A stretch of DNA of 64,000 bases from Rubripirellula sp. (GTDB lineage Bacteria; Planctomycetota; Planctomycetia; Pirellulales; Pirellulaceae). The DNA lies in NCBI GenBank assembly GCA_965216875.1, contig OZ244207.1, forward strand, positions 2,176,001 to 2,240,000, read 5' to 3'. The position numbers were made by a program, and so were the translations under genes. Below, piece by piece: positions 39,089 through 49,052 of the stretch; position 1 is the stretch's first letter; each line of letters opens with the position of its first letter. Below the pieces are notes generated by a model. It was not told where the DNA came from. It saw only the letters and a program-made list of their open reading frames with translations, and did no database searches.

Positions 39089-40027
39089 ATGAAAATTGTC
39101 AGCGCTGATGAAGTTCATGCCGCTTTGCGTTTCCCCGACCTCGTTGACGCACTCCAGGACGCGTTCTCGAAAGACTTCACAATGCCACCGCGCAAAGTCT
39201 TTTTGTTGGACGAAAAGGACGACAATCACGATGCGTTCGCACTGCTGCCGTCCTGGAATGACAAGGTGATCGGCGTCAAAGCGTTTACCTATTTCCCAAG
39301 TCCCGCCGAAGGCTATCAGTCACTCTATTCAAAGATCATGCTGTTTGATCGCGAACATGGCCAGCCACTGGCTCTCGTTGATGGGACGACCGTCACCTTC
39401 TGGCGCACCGCTGGGATCTCTGGGCTCGCTTCGCGGCTGCTTTCGCGCGAGGACTCCGAAACTCTCTTGCTCTTGGGAACCGGAAACCTGTCCACGTACA
39501 TCATTCGAGCCCAGGCGAGTGTGCGCTCGCTCAAACGCGTCATGATCTGGGGCCGAACACCTAGCAAGGCTGCAGCGGTCGCTGAAACGATGCGGAGCGA
39601 ATTGCCCGAGATTGAATTCGCCACCGTTGAAGATGTCGAGGCAGCGTGCGGCGAGGCAGACATCGTCGTTGCGGCCACAGGATCTCATGAGCCTGTCGTC
39701 AAAGGCGACTGGATCAAACCGGGAACTCACACCGACTTCATCGGCAACCATCACGCCACCAAACGTGAGTGTGACACGGCACTTGTTGCCAAATCAAAAC
39801 TCTATGCAGACAGCCGCGACAACTGTTTTCGTGAAGCGGGTGAGATTCTTGTGCCGATTTCTGAGGGTGTCATTAGCGAAGAATCGGTGGTCGGCCAGTT
39901 GACCGAGATGTGCACTGCAGCGGTGCCGCTTCGCGAATCGGCCGACGAGATCACGCTATTCAAATCGATCGGCATGGCGCTGAGTGACCTTGTTGGTGCA
40001 AGCTGCGTGTACGATTCGGTCAAATAG
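39089..40027 (+). CDS. Ornithine cyclodeaminase/mu-crystallin family protein, likely Delta1-pyrroline-2-carboxylate reductase (LhpI-like)
   Basis: HDAFALLPSWN, VKAFTYFP, LVDGTTVTFWRTAG, GTGNLS, ITLFKSIG. Confidence 0.88.
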   Translation: MKIVSADEVHAALRFPDLVDALQDAFSKDFTMPPRKVFLLDEKDDNHDAFALLPSWNDKVIGVKAFTYFPSPAEGYQSLYSKIMLFDREHGQPLALVDGTTVTFWRTAGISGLASRLLSREDSETLLLLGTGNLSTYIIRAQASVRSLKRVMIWGRTPSKAAAVAETMRSELPEIEFATVEDVEAACGEADIVVAATGSHEPVVKGDWIKPGTHTDFIGNHHATKRECDTALVAKSKLYADSRDNCFREAGEILVPISEGVISEESVVGQLTEMCTAAVPLRESADEITLFKSIGMALSDLVGASCVYDSVK

Positions 40028-40046
40028 ATCAACGCTCACGTTTTAA

Positions 40047-40296
40047 AACTCTCCCTTGTGCCCTTGAGAGAGCTGCGCACTCAGGCCCGGAGAGGGTTTG
40101 ACTGTCTGGGGATCATTCCCTCCCCGGACTTTGCGTCCGACCCTCCTGAAAGGAGGTCGTCCGGTTTTCCAATTTCACTCTCCCTCTGGGAGAGTCGGCC
40201 TCTAAGGGCCGGAGAGGGTCTTCTAGGTTCGGCCCTCCCCGGCCGCTACCGCGTCCGACCCTCCCGGCGGGAGGGTGATTGTCGGAACGCACGTTA
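40047..40296. repeat. Two tandem copies of the family D ~120-130 bp hairpin-rich element
   Basis: 40047-40157 and 40176-40296 match the reverse complement of 63318-63446. Confidence 0.85.
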
Positions 40297-40339
40297 ACCT
40301 AGGAAAACACTTCACCGCGACTCTATTCCGCGGCATTCG

Positions 40340-40933
40340 CTAAGGCAGGTCCCGTCGAAAGCCGGCGATCAAGATCCCGGCTGAAATGCTTGTCGCAAGA
40401 ATGACGCCAACAGAAACGACCGTCAAATCACCGAACACATAGGCCGGTAGCGCGGTGAACACGAAGTAGACGACCAAAACGGCGACGGCAACGCGACGGT
40501 AGCTCTTGCGGTCAACTTCCCAGTTCCGGGACCGATACCGAAACAACGCACCGCCGAGTGGGAAACCAAGAAAATAGCCAACTGGTTCCCACGGGGTGGA
40601 GTGACGTGTCGCGAAGCTGACGGAAAAAAAGAACCAAGCGATTCCGGCCAGCAGCAGATAGAGGGTGGGTCCAATTTTTCGTGTCCGATGATCAGCCGAA
40701 AGGATCGGCTTGTACGGAGCGGTCTCTACTTCAACCTCAAGATCAGAAAAGAACCGTTTGGCATGGTTCGACTGGACGCCTGCCGACTGCAGGCCGGTGT
40801 CGTACAGTCGCAGCACCATCATGACGAACGCAAACCCGCCAATTGCGATCACGTAACCGGTGACTTGGGCGATCGCGCACAGAAACGCTGCCGCGACCGA
40901 CCACATGATCAAATTTCGAATCGAGAATCTCAT
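40340..40933 (-). CDS. Membrane protein with MRFSIR N-terminal motif
   Basis: 197 aa with several TM helices. Confidence 0.7.
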   Translation of the reverse strand: MRFSIRNLIMWSVAAAFLCAIAQVTGYVIAIGGFAFVMMVLRLYDTGLQSAGVQSNHAKRFFSDLEVEVETAPYKPILSADHRTRKIGPTLYLLLAGIAWFFFSVSFATRHSTPWEPVGYFLGFPLGGALFRYRSRNWEVDRKSYRRVAVAVLVVYFVFTALPAYVFGDLTVVSVGVILATSISAGILIAGFRRDLP

Positions 40934-41065
40934 TCGCCGTTTGAGCCCCCACCCTCTGCCACGCTCGCCTCTATCCTACAACATCGCTGTGCCGCAGGAA
41001 CGGCGAACCCGCTACACTGACGCATTATCGATGTCGACCACTCACACCCACCTAGGACGCTGAAC

Positions 41066-43216
41066 GTGAAAATTCGACGTGCATTGTCGTTGGCTATCGC
41101 TGGAGCAATCACGATGGCGACACCAAGCTTTGCTCAAGACTCTGGAGACGAACAGGAAGTGAAATCCGAATCCGCAATGTTGCAACCTTGGACCGGCCCC
41201 TACGGCGGCGTTCCGCCGTGGAACCTCGTTCGAAGCGACGAATTTGTTGACGCCTTTGACACGGCCATCAAGGTTGCTAAAGACGAAGTCGATGCCATCG
41301 CAAACAATTCCGCCGCACCGACTTTCGAAAACACCATCATCGCATACGAAGACTCCGGTCGCGCGCTCGATCGTTTGCAAACGCTCTTCTTCGTGCATGC
41401 GTCAAACCTGAACGTTGGGCCAATCCCCGATATCGAGAAAGTGGTCGTGCCGAAGCTGTCCGAGTTTTCGGATAGCGTCTACCAGAACGAGAAACTGTTC
41501 CAACGCATCGCTGCAATCTATGAAAGCGACGCGATGAAGAACAAAGAGTTCGATCTGGCACAGCGTCGCCTCGTCGAAGATCTTTACAAGACCTTCCTGC
41601 GTCGCGGCGCCAAGCTCGACGCGGGCGACAAAGCACGTCTGTCACAAATCAACACGCGATTGGCGCGTCTGTTTACCGACTTCAGCCAGAACGTGCTCGA
41701 GGACGAAAAAGGTTACGTCACCTGGATTGACGATCAAGACAAGCTCGCGGGGTTGCCTGAAAGCGTTGTTTCGGCAATGGAAAGTGCAGCGTCCGAACGA
41801 GGCAACAAGGGTGGCAAATGGGCGATCACCAACACTCGATCGTCAATGGATCCGTTCTTGACTTACGCCGACAACCGGGCGCTTCGCGAAGTCGTTTGGC
41901 GCAATTATTACAACCGTGGTGACAACGGCGATGACCATGACAACAACAAAATCATTGCCGAAATCCTGAAGCTGCGAGCCGCTCGCGCCAAGCTATTAGG
42001 CTACGAGACCCATGCCCACTGGCGCATGGAGCCCACCATGGCCAAGAAGCCGGAAGCGGCGATGGAATTGATGGAGAAGGTGTGGCCCAAGGCAGTCGCC
42101 CGGGTACGTGAGGAAGTGGCCGACATGCAAAAGGTCGCTGACGACGAAGGCGCCGACATCACCATCAAGCCGTGGGACTACCGTTACTACGCCGAGAAGG
42201 TCCGCAAGGCAAAGTACGACCTCGACTTTTCGGAAGTCAAACCCTACATGCAGCTCGAGAAACTGCGAGAGGGAATGATGTGGGCTGCGGGCGAGCTTTA
42301 TGGCATGCAGTTCAAGCAGGTTTCAGGCCTGCCGGTGTTCCATCCCGACGTCCGTGTCTGGGAAGTCACCGACAAACAAGGCAATCACATCGGCCTTTGG
42401 TACCTCGACCCCTACGCTCGCGAAGGCAAACGTAGCGGCGCGTGGATGAACGCCTACCGTGGCCAGGAAGACTTGGGTGCGCCCATCACGCCGATCGTGT
42501 CGAACAATTCGAACTTCGTCAAAGGTGCCGAAGGCGAAGTCGTGCTGATTTCTTGGGATGACGCCGTCACGTTGTTCCACGAGTTCGGGCACGCACTTCA
42601 TGGACTCAACTCCAAGGTCAAGTATCCGTCACAGGCGGGAACGTCCGTCGCCCGCGACTATGTCGAGTTTCCGTCGCAGATCAACGAGCATTGGCTTGAA
42701 ACGCCCGAAATCCTAAACCGGTTTGCCGTGCACTTTGAAACGGGCAAACCGATGCCAAAGGAATTGCTCGAGAAGATTGATCGCGCACGCACGTTCAATC
42801 AAGGGTTTGCCACCGTCGAGTATCTGGCAAGCGCCCTGATTGACATGAAGCTGCATCTTGCCGGCGACGCCGACATCGATCCCGACAAGTTCGAACGCGA
42901 AACGCTCGCCGCTCTAGGCATGCCAGACGAATTGCCCATGCGTCACCGCACGCCGCAATTCATGCACATCTTCAGCAGCGATAGTTACTCGGCGGGCTAC
43001 TACAGCTACCTCTGGTCCGATGCCTTGACCGCAGATGCTGCCGAAGTCTTTGAAGAGGCGGGCAGCTACTACGATCCCGAGATTGCGAAGCGATTGCACG
43101 ACAGCGTCATGAGTGTCGGCGACACCATTGATCCGATGGATGGCTTCCGTCAGTTTCGCGGTCGCGATGTCGACACCGGCGCCCTGCTGCGCAAACGTGG
43201 TTTCCAGGTTGATTGA
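41066..43216 (+). CDS. dcp: M3 family metallopeptidase (peptidyl-dipeptidase Dcp-like), secreted
   Basis: KRSGAWM, LFHEFGHALH, RDYVEFPSQ, YSAGYYSYLW; signal peptide. Confidence 0.93.
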   Translation: MKIRRALSLAIAGAITMATPSFAQDSGDEQEVKSESAMLQPWTGPYGGVPPWNLVRSDEFVDAFDTAIKVAKDEVDAIANNSAAPTFENTIIAYEDSGRALDRLQTLFFVHASNLNVGPIPDIEKVVVPKLSEFSDSVYQNEKLFQRIAAIYESDAMKNKEFDLAQRRLVEDLYKTFLRRGAKLDAGDKARLSQINTRLARLFTDFSQNVLEDEKGYVTWIDDQDKLAGLPESVVSAMESAASERGNKGGKWAITNTRSSMDPFLTYADNRALREVVWRNYYNRGDNGDDHDNNKIIAEILKLRAARAKLLGYETHAHWRMEPTMAKKPEAAMELMEKVWPKAVARVREEVADMQKVADDEGADITIKPWDYRYYAEKVRKAKYDLDFSEVKPYMQLEKLREGMMWAAGELYGMQFKQVSGLPVFHPDVRVWEVTDKQGNHIGLWYLDPYAREGKRSGAWMNAYRGQEDLGAPITPIVSNNSNFVKGAEGEVVLISWDDAVTLFHEFGHALHGLNSKVKYPSQAGTSVARDYVEFPSQINEHWLETPEILNRFAVHFETGKPMPKELLEKIDRARTFNQGFATVEYLASALIDMKLHLAGDADIDPDKFERETLAALGMPDELPMRHRTPQFMHIFSSDSYSAGYYSYLWSDALTADAAEVFEEAGSYYDPEIAKRLHDSVMSVGDTIDPMDGFRQFRGRDVDTGALLRKRGFQVD

Positions 43217-44691
43217 TGAATGATTCGGCCAGCAACGCTGCTGGTAAACCGACCCATGCCAAGCAACTTGCCAACGCAATCCAACAGCGTTGGCAAGTGC
43301 TTGTCGTCGTCATCTGTCAGGCGACCACCGTTTGGCTCACCTGGCCGCTTTGGCAAGTAAGGGAGACGCCGCCCAACCTTCCAATCGCCGAGTCTCTTCC
43401 GAGTGTATCGATGGGCATTCCGATGCTCGTCACACTCGTGATCGCCATTCGTTGGCCACGAGTCGGCGCTGCGAGCCACTGGTTGGTTCTGGTGCTCGCC
43501 TGTGCGATGGACCAGTTCCGAGTGTCGCCACAATTCTTTGGGCTGGCGGTCCTTCTGTTGGCTGGCACTGGAAATCTCGGCCGCCGTTTCTGTCGGCTTC
43601 ACTTGGCGTCGATGTGGACTTGGGCCGGCCTACACAAACTCTTTTCAGTTGATTGGACAGGGCACGCAAGCTGGTCGCTTGTGAGTCGCACTGGTTTGGA
43701 CCCCGAAGGAATCCACCTGCAAGCTGCTTACGTGGTTGCTTTCACCGAGCTTGCACTGGGCCTGATGGCGTTGATAACGCCGCGCATCGCTTCATGGTTG
43801 TGCGTCGCCATTCACGGCGGCATCGTCCTCTTTCTTTCGCCGCTGGTTGCCGACATGAACCAAAGCGTGATCGCCTGGAACGTCGCCATCGTGGTCATCG
43901 GATTCTGGGTCTTGCAAAACTCCAAGTCAATCCTCAGTCGACCACAGCAAACGGGTGAGGGTGGCGAAGCGACGTCATGGCGCGAGTTTTCGCTACTCGC
44001 CTTGATGCTGACGCTACCACTGGGTTTCTACGGAGGCTGGGTCGATCGCTGTTTTTGTCACGTGCTCTACAGTGACAACCTTCCTCGGGGCATGATCTCG
44101 ACGAAAAGCGGCGCAAAACAGGTTCGCGGCTGGGGTGATCTCGAAGTCCCCTTTCCGAGCGAACGTCGCAACTACATCAGCTACTTTGCCCGAGTTGCAA
44201 ACGAAGGTGACAAGCTGCACGTGTACGACCCACGACCGTCACTGCCCGATCTCTTTTTTGAGTTCCGAAACAGTCAGGCTGTCGCGATCAGCGAAGATGA
44301 GTTTCTGATGTTCAACGACAAGGAGATTCTTGGCGTCGCATTGGACCGACGTCGATCCATTTTCGAGCTCACGCGTGCTGGTGCCACGCTTGTCCGCGAA
44401 GGCAAGCAGGCGATGGTCTATGCAGCGGTGATCGAACCAGACCGCTACGATCCCGAACTTCTCGACGCATTGAACGGGCTGAAAAACCTGACCCAAGTCG
44501 ATTTGTCGGGCACGAAAGTTACAGATGACGATTTGGCAAAGTTGGTCAACAACCGAATGCTACTGGGGATCGGATTGAACCACACTGACATCACCGATGC
44601 GGGTTTGCAGGCTCTCGACGACCTTCCCTACTTGAATTACGTCGAAGCTGAAGGAACGTCGATCAAGTCGCCACTTCGTAGCGTCGACTAA
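43216..44691 (+). CDS. Multi-pass membrane protein with C-terminal leucine-rich repeats
   Basis: TGATG coupling with dcp; TM region with WTWAGLHKL; LRRs LTQVDLSGTKVTD and LNHTDITDAGL. Confidence 0.8.
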   Translation: MNDSASNAAGKPTHAKQLANAIQQRWQVLVVVICQATTVWLTWPLWQVRETPPNLPIAESLPSVSMGIPMLVTLVIAIRWPRVGAASHWLVLVLACAMDQFRVSPQFFGLAVLLLAGTGNLGRRFCRLHLASMWTWAGLHKLFSVDWTGHASWSLVSRTGLDPEGIHLQAAYVVAFTELALGLMALITPRIASWLCVAIHGGIVLFLSPLVADMNQSVIAWNVAIVVIGFWVLQNSKSILSRPQQTGEGGEATSWREFSLLALMLTLPLGFYGGWVDRCFCHVLYSDNLPRGMISTKSGAKQVRGWGDLEVPFPSERRNYISYFARVANEGDKLHVYDPRPSLPDLFFEFRNSQAVAISEDEFLMFNDKEILGVALDRRRSIFELTRAGATLVREGKQAMVYAAVIEPDRYDPELLDALNGLKNLTQVDLSGTKVTDDDLAKLVNNRMLLGIGLNHTDITDAGLQALDDLPYLNYVEAEGTSIKSPLRSVD

Positions 44692-45716
44692 ACGTGTTGA
44701 CTCAGCAAACTCGCGCCCGTGCCATGACCCTGTTCGGGAAATTGGCAGTCGCCACGAGTTACCCGCACGCCGGTCGCAATGTCTTCGGCCAAAAGTGCCG
44801 CACCATCCATATCGACATAGTCCAAAAGCGGAAGCAACTGTGCGATCGCCGAAATGCCTATCGTCGACTCAGTCATGCAGCCAACCATGACCTTGAGTCC
44901 GAGCGATCTTGCGTTTTCGATCATTCGACGAGCTGGAGTGAGGCCACCACACTTGACCAGTTTGATGTTCACGGCATCGAATCGTCCCGAACAACGCTCG
45001 ACGTCACCTTCCTGCTGACAGCTTTCGTCCGCAACGAGCGGCAGTTGCGATTCTTTTCGCAACCGTTCCATTTCACGCCACGACTCGGCTGGCAAGGGCT
45101 GCTCGATAAACTCGACACCAAGGCCTTTGAGTTCGATTGAATTGGCAATGGTTTCATCGGGTGTCCAACCACAATTGGCATCGACCCGAAACAGGGCGTC
45201 GGTGTGCTTGCGGAGTTGCCGAACGAGCTCCAAATCATGATCGGTGCCAAGCTTGATTTTGTAGATCGGCCATCCGGAAGCGGCGGCCAGCTTTTGGACC
45301 ATCTTTTCGACGCTGTCGATTCCAATCGTGTAATTGCTTTGTGGAACGCGCGTGCTATCTAGCCCCCAAAGCTCATACAGCGGCTTGCCTTGCAGTTTGC
45401 CCCAGAGATCGTTGACTGCTTGGTCGAGAGCACATTGAGCGAAACGGTTGCCGGCTAATTGTGGATCAAACCGCTGCCAGAGTTCGTCAGGGTTGTCACA
45501 TGCGGACGCGCTGAGTTCAGCCTCGATCGACTTGAGGGCTGCGGACATGCTTTCGATGGTTGCGCCGTAATAGGGATTCGTCGTCGCTTCGCCATAGCCA
45601 CGCTGGCCGTCCTGTTCCAGTTCGACAATCAGAGTCGGTTGGACATCCCTCGATTCACGTGAAATCGTGAACGTGTCCTTGAGTTGCAAGTCAAACGACC
45701 GAAGTGTCAGCTTCAT
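44688..45716 (-). CDS. Dipeptide epimerase (enolase superfamily, L-Ala-D/L-Glu epimerase / DgcA-like)
   Basis: YKIKLG, RVDAN, IEQP, ADES, NIKLVKCGG, VDMDG. Confidence 0.92.
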   Translation of the reverse strand: MKLTLRSFDLQLKDTFTISRESRDVQPTLIVELEQDGQRGYGEATTNPYYGATIESMSAALKSIEAELSASACDNPDELWQRFDPQLAGNRFAQCALDQAVNDLWGKLQGKPLYELWGLDSTRVPQSNYTIGIDSVEKMVQKLAAASGWPIYKIKLGTDHDLELVRQLRKHTDALFRVDANCGWTPDETIANSIELKGLGVEFIEQPLPAESWREMERLRKESQLPLVADESCQQEGDVERCSGRFDAVNIKLVKCGGLTPARRMIENARSLGLKVMVGCMTESTIGISAIAQLLPLLDYVDMDGAALLAEDIATGVRVTRGDCQFPEQGHGTGASLLSQHV

Positions 45717-45722
45717 CGTTCG

Positions 45723-46766
45723 CTACTCCTTCCAGGTACCTGCTGCATGAAACTCAACCACGGCATCCGCCAGTTTTGCTGGCCCATCGCGAATCACATC
45801 AACGACGGGCAAACCAAACAAATCGCCAACGCGTTTCCGCTCCGCTTCCGCCGCTGCGGCATCAAGCGTTCTCGAATTCATCGAAACGGCAATGAACTGG
45901 CTGGGGAATTGCACCTGGGCAATCGATTCAATCACCGCTTTGACCTGCTGGAGGGGAGGAAGCGGGACCTGTTCCATATGATTCACATTCTCGCGCCCAG
46001 CCTCGTAGCAGAGGATGAGTCCTTGAGGCATACAGCCGTGTAATAGCCCCGTAGTGACTGCGGAATAGCGTGGATGAACGACGCTGCCTTGGCCTTCAAC
46101 AACAATCACATCGTGGTGCTGGTTCTTCAGCACAAGCTCTTCCGCCGCTCCGTTGACAAAGTCAGAGACAACACAATCGATCGGGCAACCGTCGCCTTCG
46201 ATCATGATTCCGGTCTGGCCGGTCGCCACAAACTTTGCTGAAAGGTCGCGCCCATCGAGTTCACGTGCAAGCTCGAGCGACGTCACCATCTTTCCAACAT
46301 TGCAATCATTGCCGACGGTATGGACACGCAAACACTCGTCGCGAATGCCCTCTCGATTGGCAACGTTTCGGAAACGGTTCTTACGAACGTCAAAAAGCGT
46401 CCGCCCGGCCGCCTGCGCCGCCGACGCAAACTCTTCATCGTCGCTTAGGAATTGATGCAGTCCTGACGTCACGTTCATGCCCGAGGCGAGCGCTTCGAGA
46501 ATCGTCGTCCGCCACGCGTCGGGAATCCGTCCGCCTTGGGGCGCGATGCCAAGGACGAGTTCATTGGCGTCATTCGCCTCAGAGAGATTTCCAACAAACG
46601 GAATCCCCTTTCCGACACCAAGCACGGAGTGGCAATCGTTGCCAACCTGGGTCGAATCAAGGACAGCAACCACCTCGTCCCCTCGATATCGCATCACACT
46701 GCAGGCGGTCTTTGCCGTCAATGGATCGGAGTGCCCCTCGGTCAAAATGACCATGCGTCGTGCCAT
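45723..46766 (-). CDS. DUF1611 domain protein (DgcN-like P-loop fold)
   Basis: AKTA, TVGNDCNVGKMVTS, FVATGQTG, VSDFVNGA, VEGQGS; 6 bp upstream of the epimerase. Confidence 0.9.
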   Translation of the reverse strand: MARRMVILTEGHSDPLTAKTACSVMRYRGDEVVAVLDSTQVGNDCHSVLGVGKGIPFVGNLSEANDANELVLGIAPQGGRIPDAWRTTILEALASGMNVTSGLHQFLSDDEEFASAAQAAGRTLFDVRKNRFRNVANREGIRDECLRVHTVGNDCNVGKMVTSLELARELDGRDLSAKFVATGQTGIMIEGDGCPIDCVVSDFVNGAAEELVLKNQHHDVIVVEGQGSVVHPRYSAVTTGLLHGCMPQGLILCYEAGRENVNHMEQVPLPPLQQVKAVIESIAQVQFPSQFIAVSMNSRTLDAAAAEAERKRVGDLFGLPVVDVIRDGPAKLADAVVEFHAAGTWKE

Positions 46767-47399
46767 CTGCAATGCCTTTCTCGTTACGCGAACCGTGTGA
46801 CAAGCAGGCATGTTAGGGGATTGCGCAGGGCATCTCTACCAGACACCCAGCGCACTGTGAAGAAGAATGGTTTGCCCGCAAAAAGCACAAGGAAACTCGA
46901 AAAATGCGCAGCGCAATGAACGATGACAAGTGTCAAGGATTCGCCTAGGCGGCCGCGCCCCGACTGAAAATGAAGTTGGCGCAGGAGCGCGAGGCATTAC
47001 GGCCAGCGTCTCACGAAGCGAGGCAACGAATGGTAGCATCGCTACGGCTTCCATTCACAGCATCACAATCGAGCTTGAACCGTGATTGTGACTCTTCGAT
47101 GATTCGCACCAATCCCCATCGAAACGCGGCAAGCCGCCAATTCGCCGCCCAACGCCGCTAAGGGCAAGTTAACGCGACTTCTGCGACCGATAAGGGACAC
47201 GAGAGCGACGTCACCGCACAAGCAAATTGCCCTGCGGGATCTCTTTCTAGAAAACGCTAATTCTACTAGAGTCGCGAGTACGCTTTGGTCTGAATAACAA
47301 ACCCGTCAGGTTTGCGGTAAAGAGGCAAGAGTCGCTCGCGACTGGTCGATACCGTTACTAAACAGGACGCAAACAGTCATCGACGATTGCGGAATGGCA

Positions 47400-47597
47400 A
47401 TGGCGGAAACTCAAACCCACGACGAAGCCATGATCGAGACAACGGCTCAAACGTCACCGTGTGGCAATCGGCCCAGCGAGCCCTTGCCATGGTTGCTGAA
47501 GAACCTGCAAGAGAAGCAGCAGTCTCAATCGAATCAAACGCCGCGTTCCACGAACGCGACTTCTACGAATCAAGCTGATTCAACATCCACAACGTAG
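47400..47597 (+). CDS. Possible small polar hypothetical protein
   Basis: MAETQTHDEAM...PLPWLLKNLQEK..., protein-like codon use in a long intergenic gap. Its stop is supplied by a REP GTAG. Confidence 0.35.
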   Translation: MAETQTHDEAMIETTAQTSPCGNRPSEPLPWLLKNLQEKQQSQSNQTPRSTNATSTNQADSTSTT

Positions 47598-47754
47598 GGT
47601 GTGCTTGCACGCACCAGATCCCGTGACAGTGCCGGATCCGTGTCGCTGTCGCTCCTTGATCCGGCCTACAAACATCGTAGGGTGTGTGCTTGCACGCACC
47701 AAAACCCACAGCAATGCCGGATTTGCGTCGCTGTCGCTCCTTGATCCGGCCTAC
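47594..47754. repeat. BIME-like mosaic: two tandem units of REP family B paired with family F (GCCGGAT..GTCGCTGTCGCTCCTTGATCCGGCCTAC)
   Basis: Units at 47594-47669 and 47677-47754, each bounded by GTAG...CTAC. Confidence 0.88.
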
Positions 47755-47757
47755 GAG

Positions 47758-48879
47758 CTACCCAACTTTCGCTGGCATTCGCTTTAGCCACATCCAGGCC
47801 GCGCCACCGAGCACTACTTCGACGGCCAGGAAAAGGACACGCGCGGCGATCGCGGCCAGGAGCGCGTGAGTCGCCCCCAGCGAAACGCCGAGGATGATTG
47901 CCAATACAAGTTCGCGGACGCCGGCCCCGCCGGGCAACAGCGATGCGAAACCGGCAACCATCGCCATCCCGATGGCTGCGGTAGCCGTCGCGTAAAGCTC
48001 AAAATCGCTTGGCAACGCATTACTGGTAGGGATCGCCAAGATCAAAGCGGTGAACGCGCCACCGATCAGCAGCCAAGCGAGCAGCGAATAGAACCAGCCG
48101 GCAAGAAAGACCGTCAGCGGTCGCAGTTGGGCGACCTGCTGTTGTGACTTGGCGACTTTGGCAGCGACCAGCTTCAAGATCGGTGGCGACGTCGGGATCG
48201 ATGCGCACAGTGCCATCATCAAGGCCATGGCAACAATCCAACTTGGAACAGGCAGCCAACAAACCACGACGCCCGCAACGGCCGCACCGACGGCCATCAT
48301 CAAGAATGTTTCGACGAAGACACTCACCGTCGCAGGCAGCACTTTCACGCCATCACGGGCCAATGCGGACGATCTCAGCACGACCACCATCGCTTTTCCA
48401 GGAACATATTTCCCCAGGTGACCAATGAGCTGGGCTGCGATCGCGGTCGACAGTCGAGGATTGCCTCCCAACGCCCGGCTCGCTTGGTGCAGCAAGAATC
48501 CCGGGGGGATCAGCGAGCAGCTGTAGCAGAAGAACGCAACGGCGATCCAATTCCAGCGCAAGTTGGACAGGCGTGGAATGGTTGCTTGAAGTTCTCGCTT
48601 CTCCGCTTCCAGAGCGCCCCGCTGGGAATCCGATTGTGCCTTCGCAATGGCCGCATCGAGATTGGCAATCTCTGACGTGAGCCTCTTTGTTTCCGTCTGC
48701 CAACCCTCCACTGCTGACCGCAAAGCGAGCACTAACCCTACGACCACGATGATTGCGATCAACCACTTGGCGACACGAATGATCACCTTTCGCCTGGGCA
48801 ACGTTGCTCTCGAAACCTCTTCATCCTTCTCGGACGAAGCCGATTCGCTCTGGTCGTTTTGGTTGTCGGAAGAATTCAC
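47758..48879 (-). CDS. Lysylphosphatidylglycerol synthase TM-domain (UPF0104, flippase-like) protein
   Basis: GHLGKYVPGK and PGGAGVRE motifs, multiple TMs. Start uncertain (GTG 48879 or upstream). Confidence 0.85.
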   Translation of the reverse strand: MNSSDNQNDQSESASSEKDEEVSRATLPRRKVIIRVAKWLIAIIVVVGLVLALRSAVEGWQTETKRLTSEIANLDAAIAKAQSDSQRGALEAEKRELQATIPRLSNLRWNWIAVAFFCYSCSLIPPGFLLHQASRALGGNPRLSTAIAAQLIGHLGKYVPGKAMVVVLRSSALARDGVKVLPATVSVFVETFLMMAVGAAVAGVVVCWLPVPSWIVAMALMMALCASIPTSPPILKLVAAKVAKSQQQVAQLRPLTVFLAGWFYSLLAWLLIGGAFTALILAIPTSNALPSDFELYATATAAIGMAMVAGFASLLPGGAGVRELVLAIILGVSLGATHALLAAIAARVLFLAVEVVLGGAAWMWLKRMPAKVG

Positions 48880-49052
48880 GAAGACTCTCGAATCAACTTT
48901 CTGGCTTCTCCACTCGATCCTGTTCGCCCCACCGCTGGCACGCTGACTGCCGATGAACGAAAATCCCACGGTCGCTCATCACCGAGTCGGTCGTCGAATC
49001 GTCGATCAATCGTACTTGTCCTCTTTTTTTCAATCTTGATCTGAGCAAAGCA

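Noticed and set aside
47300..47330. CCCGTCAGGT resembling the SRP RNA helix 8 start
   Set aside because: Lacks the GNRA tetraloop and AGCAG partner strand.
47594..47754. Tandem repeats as a mini CRISPR array
   Set aside because: The units are REP-type palindromes found dispersed elsewhere, with no unique spacers of regular length and no cas genes.
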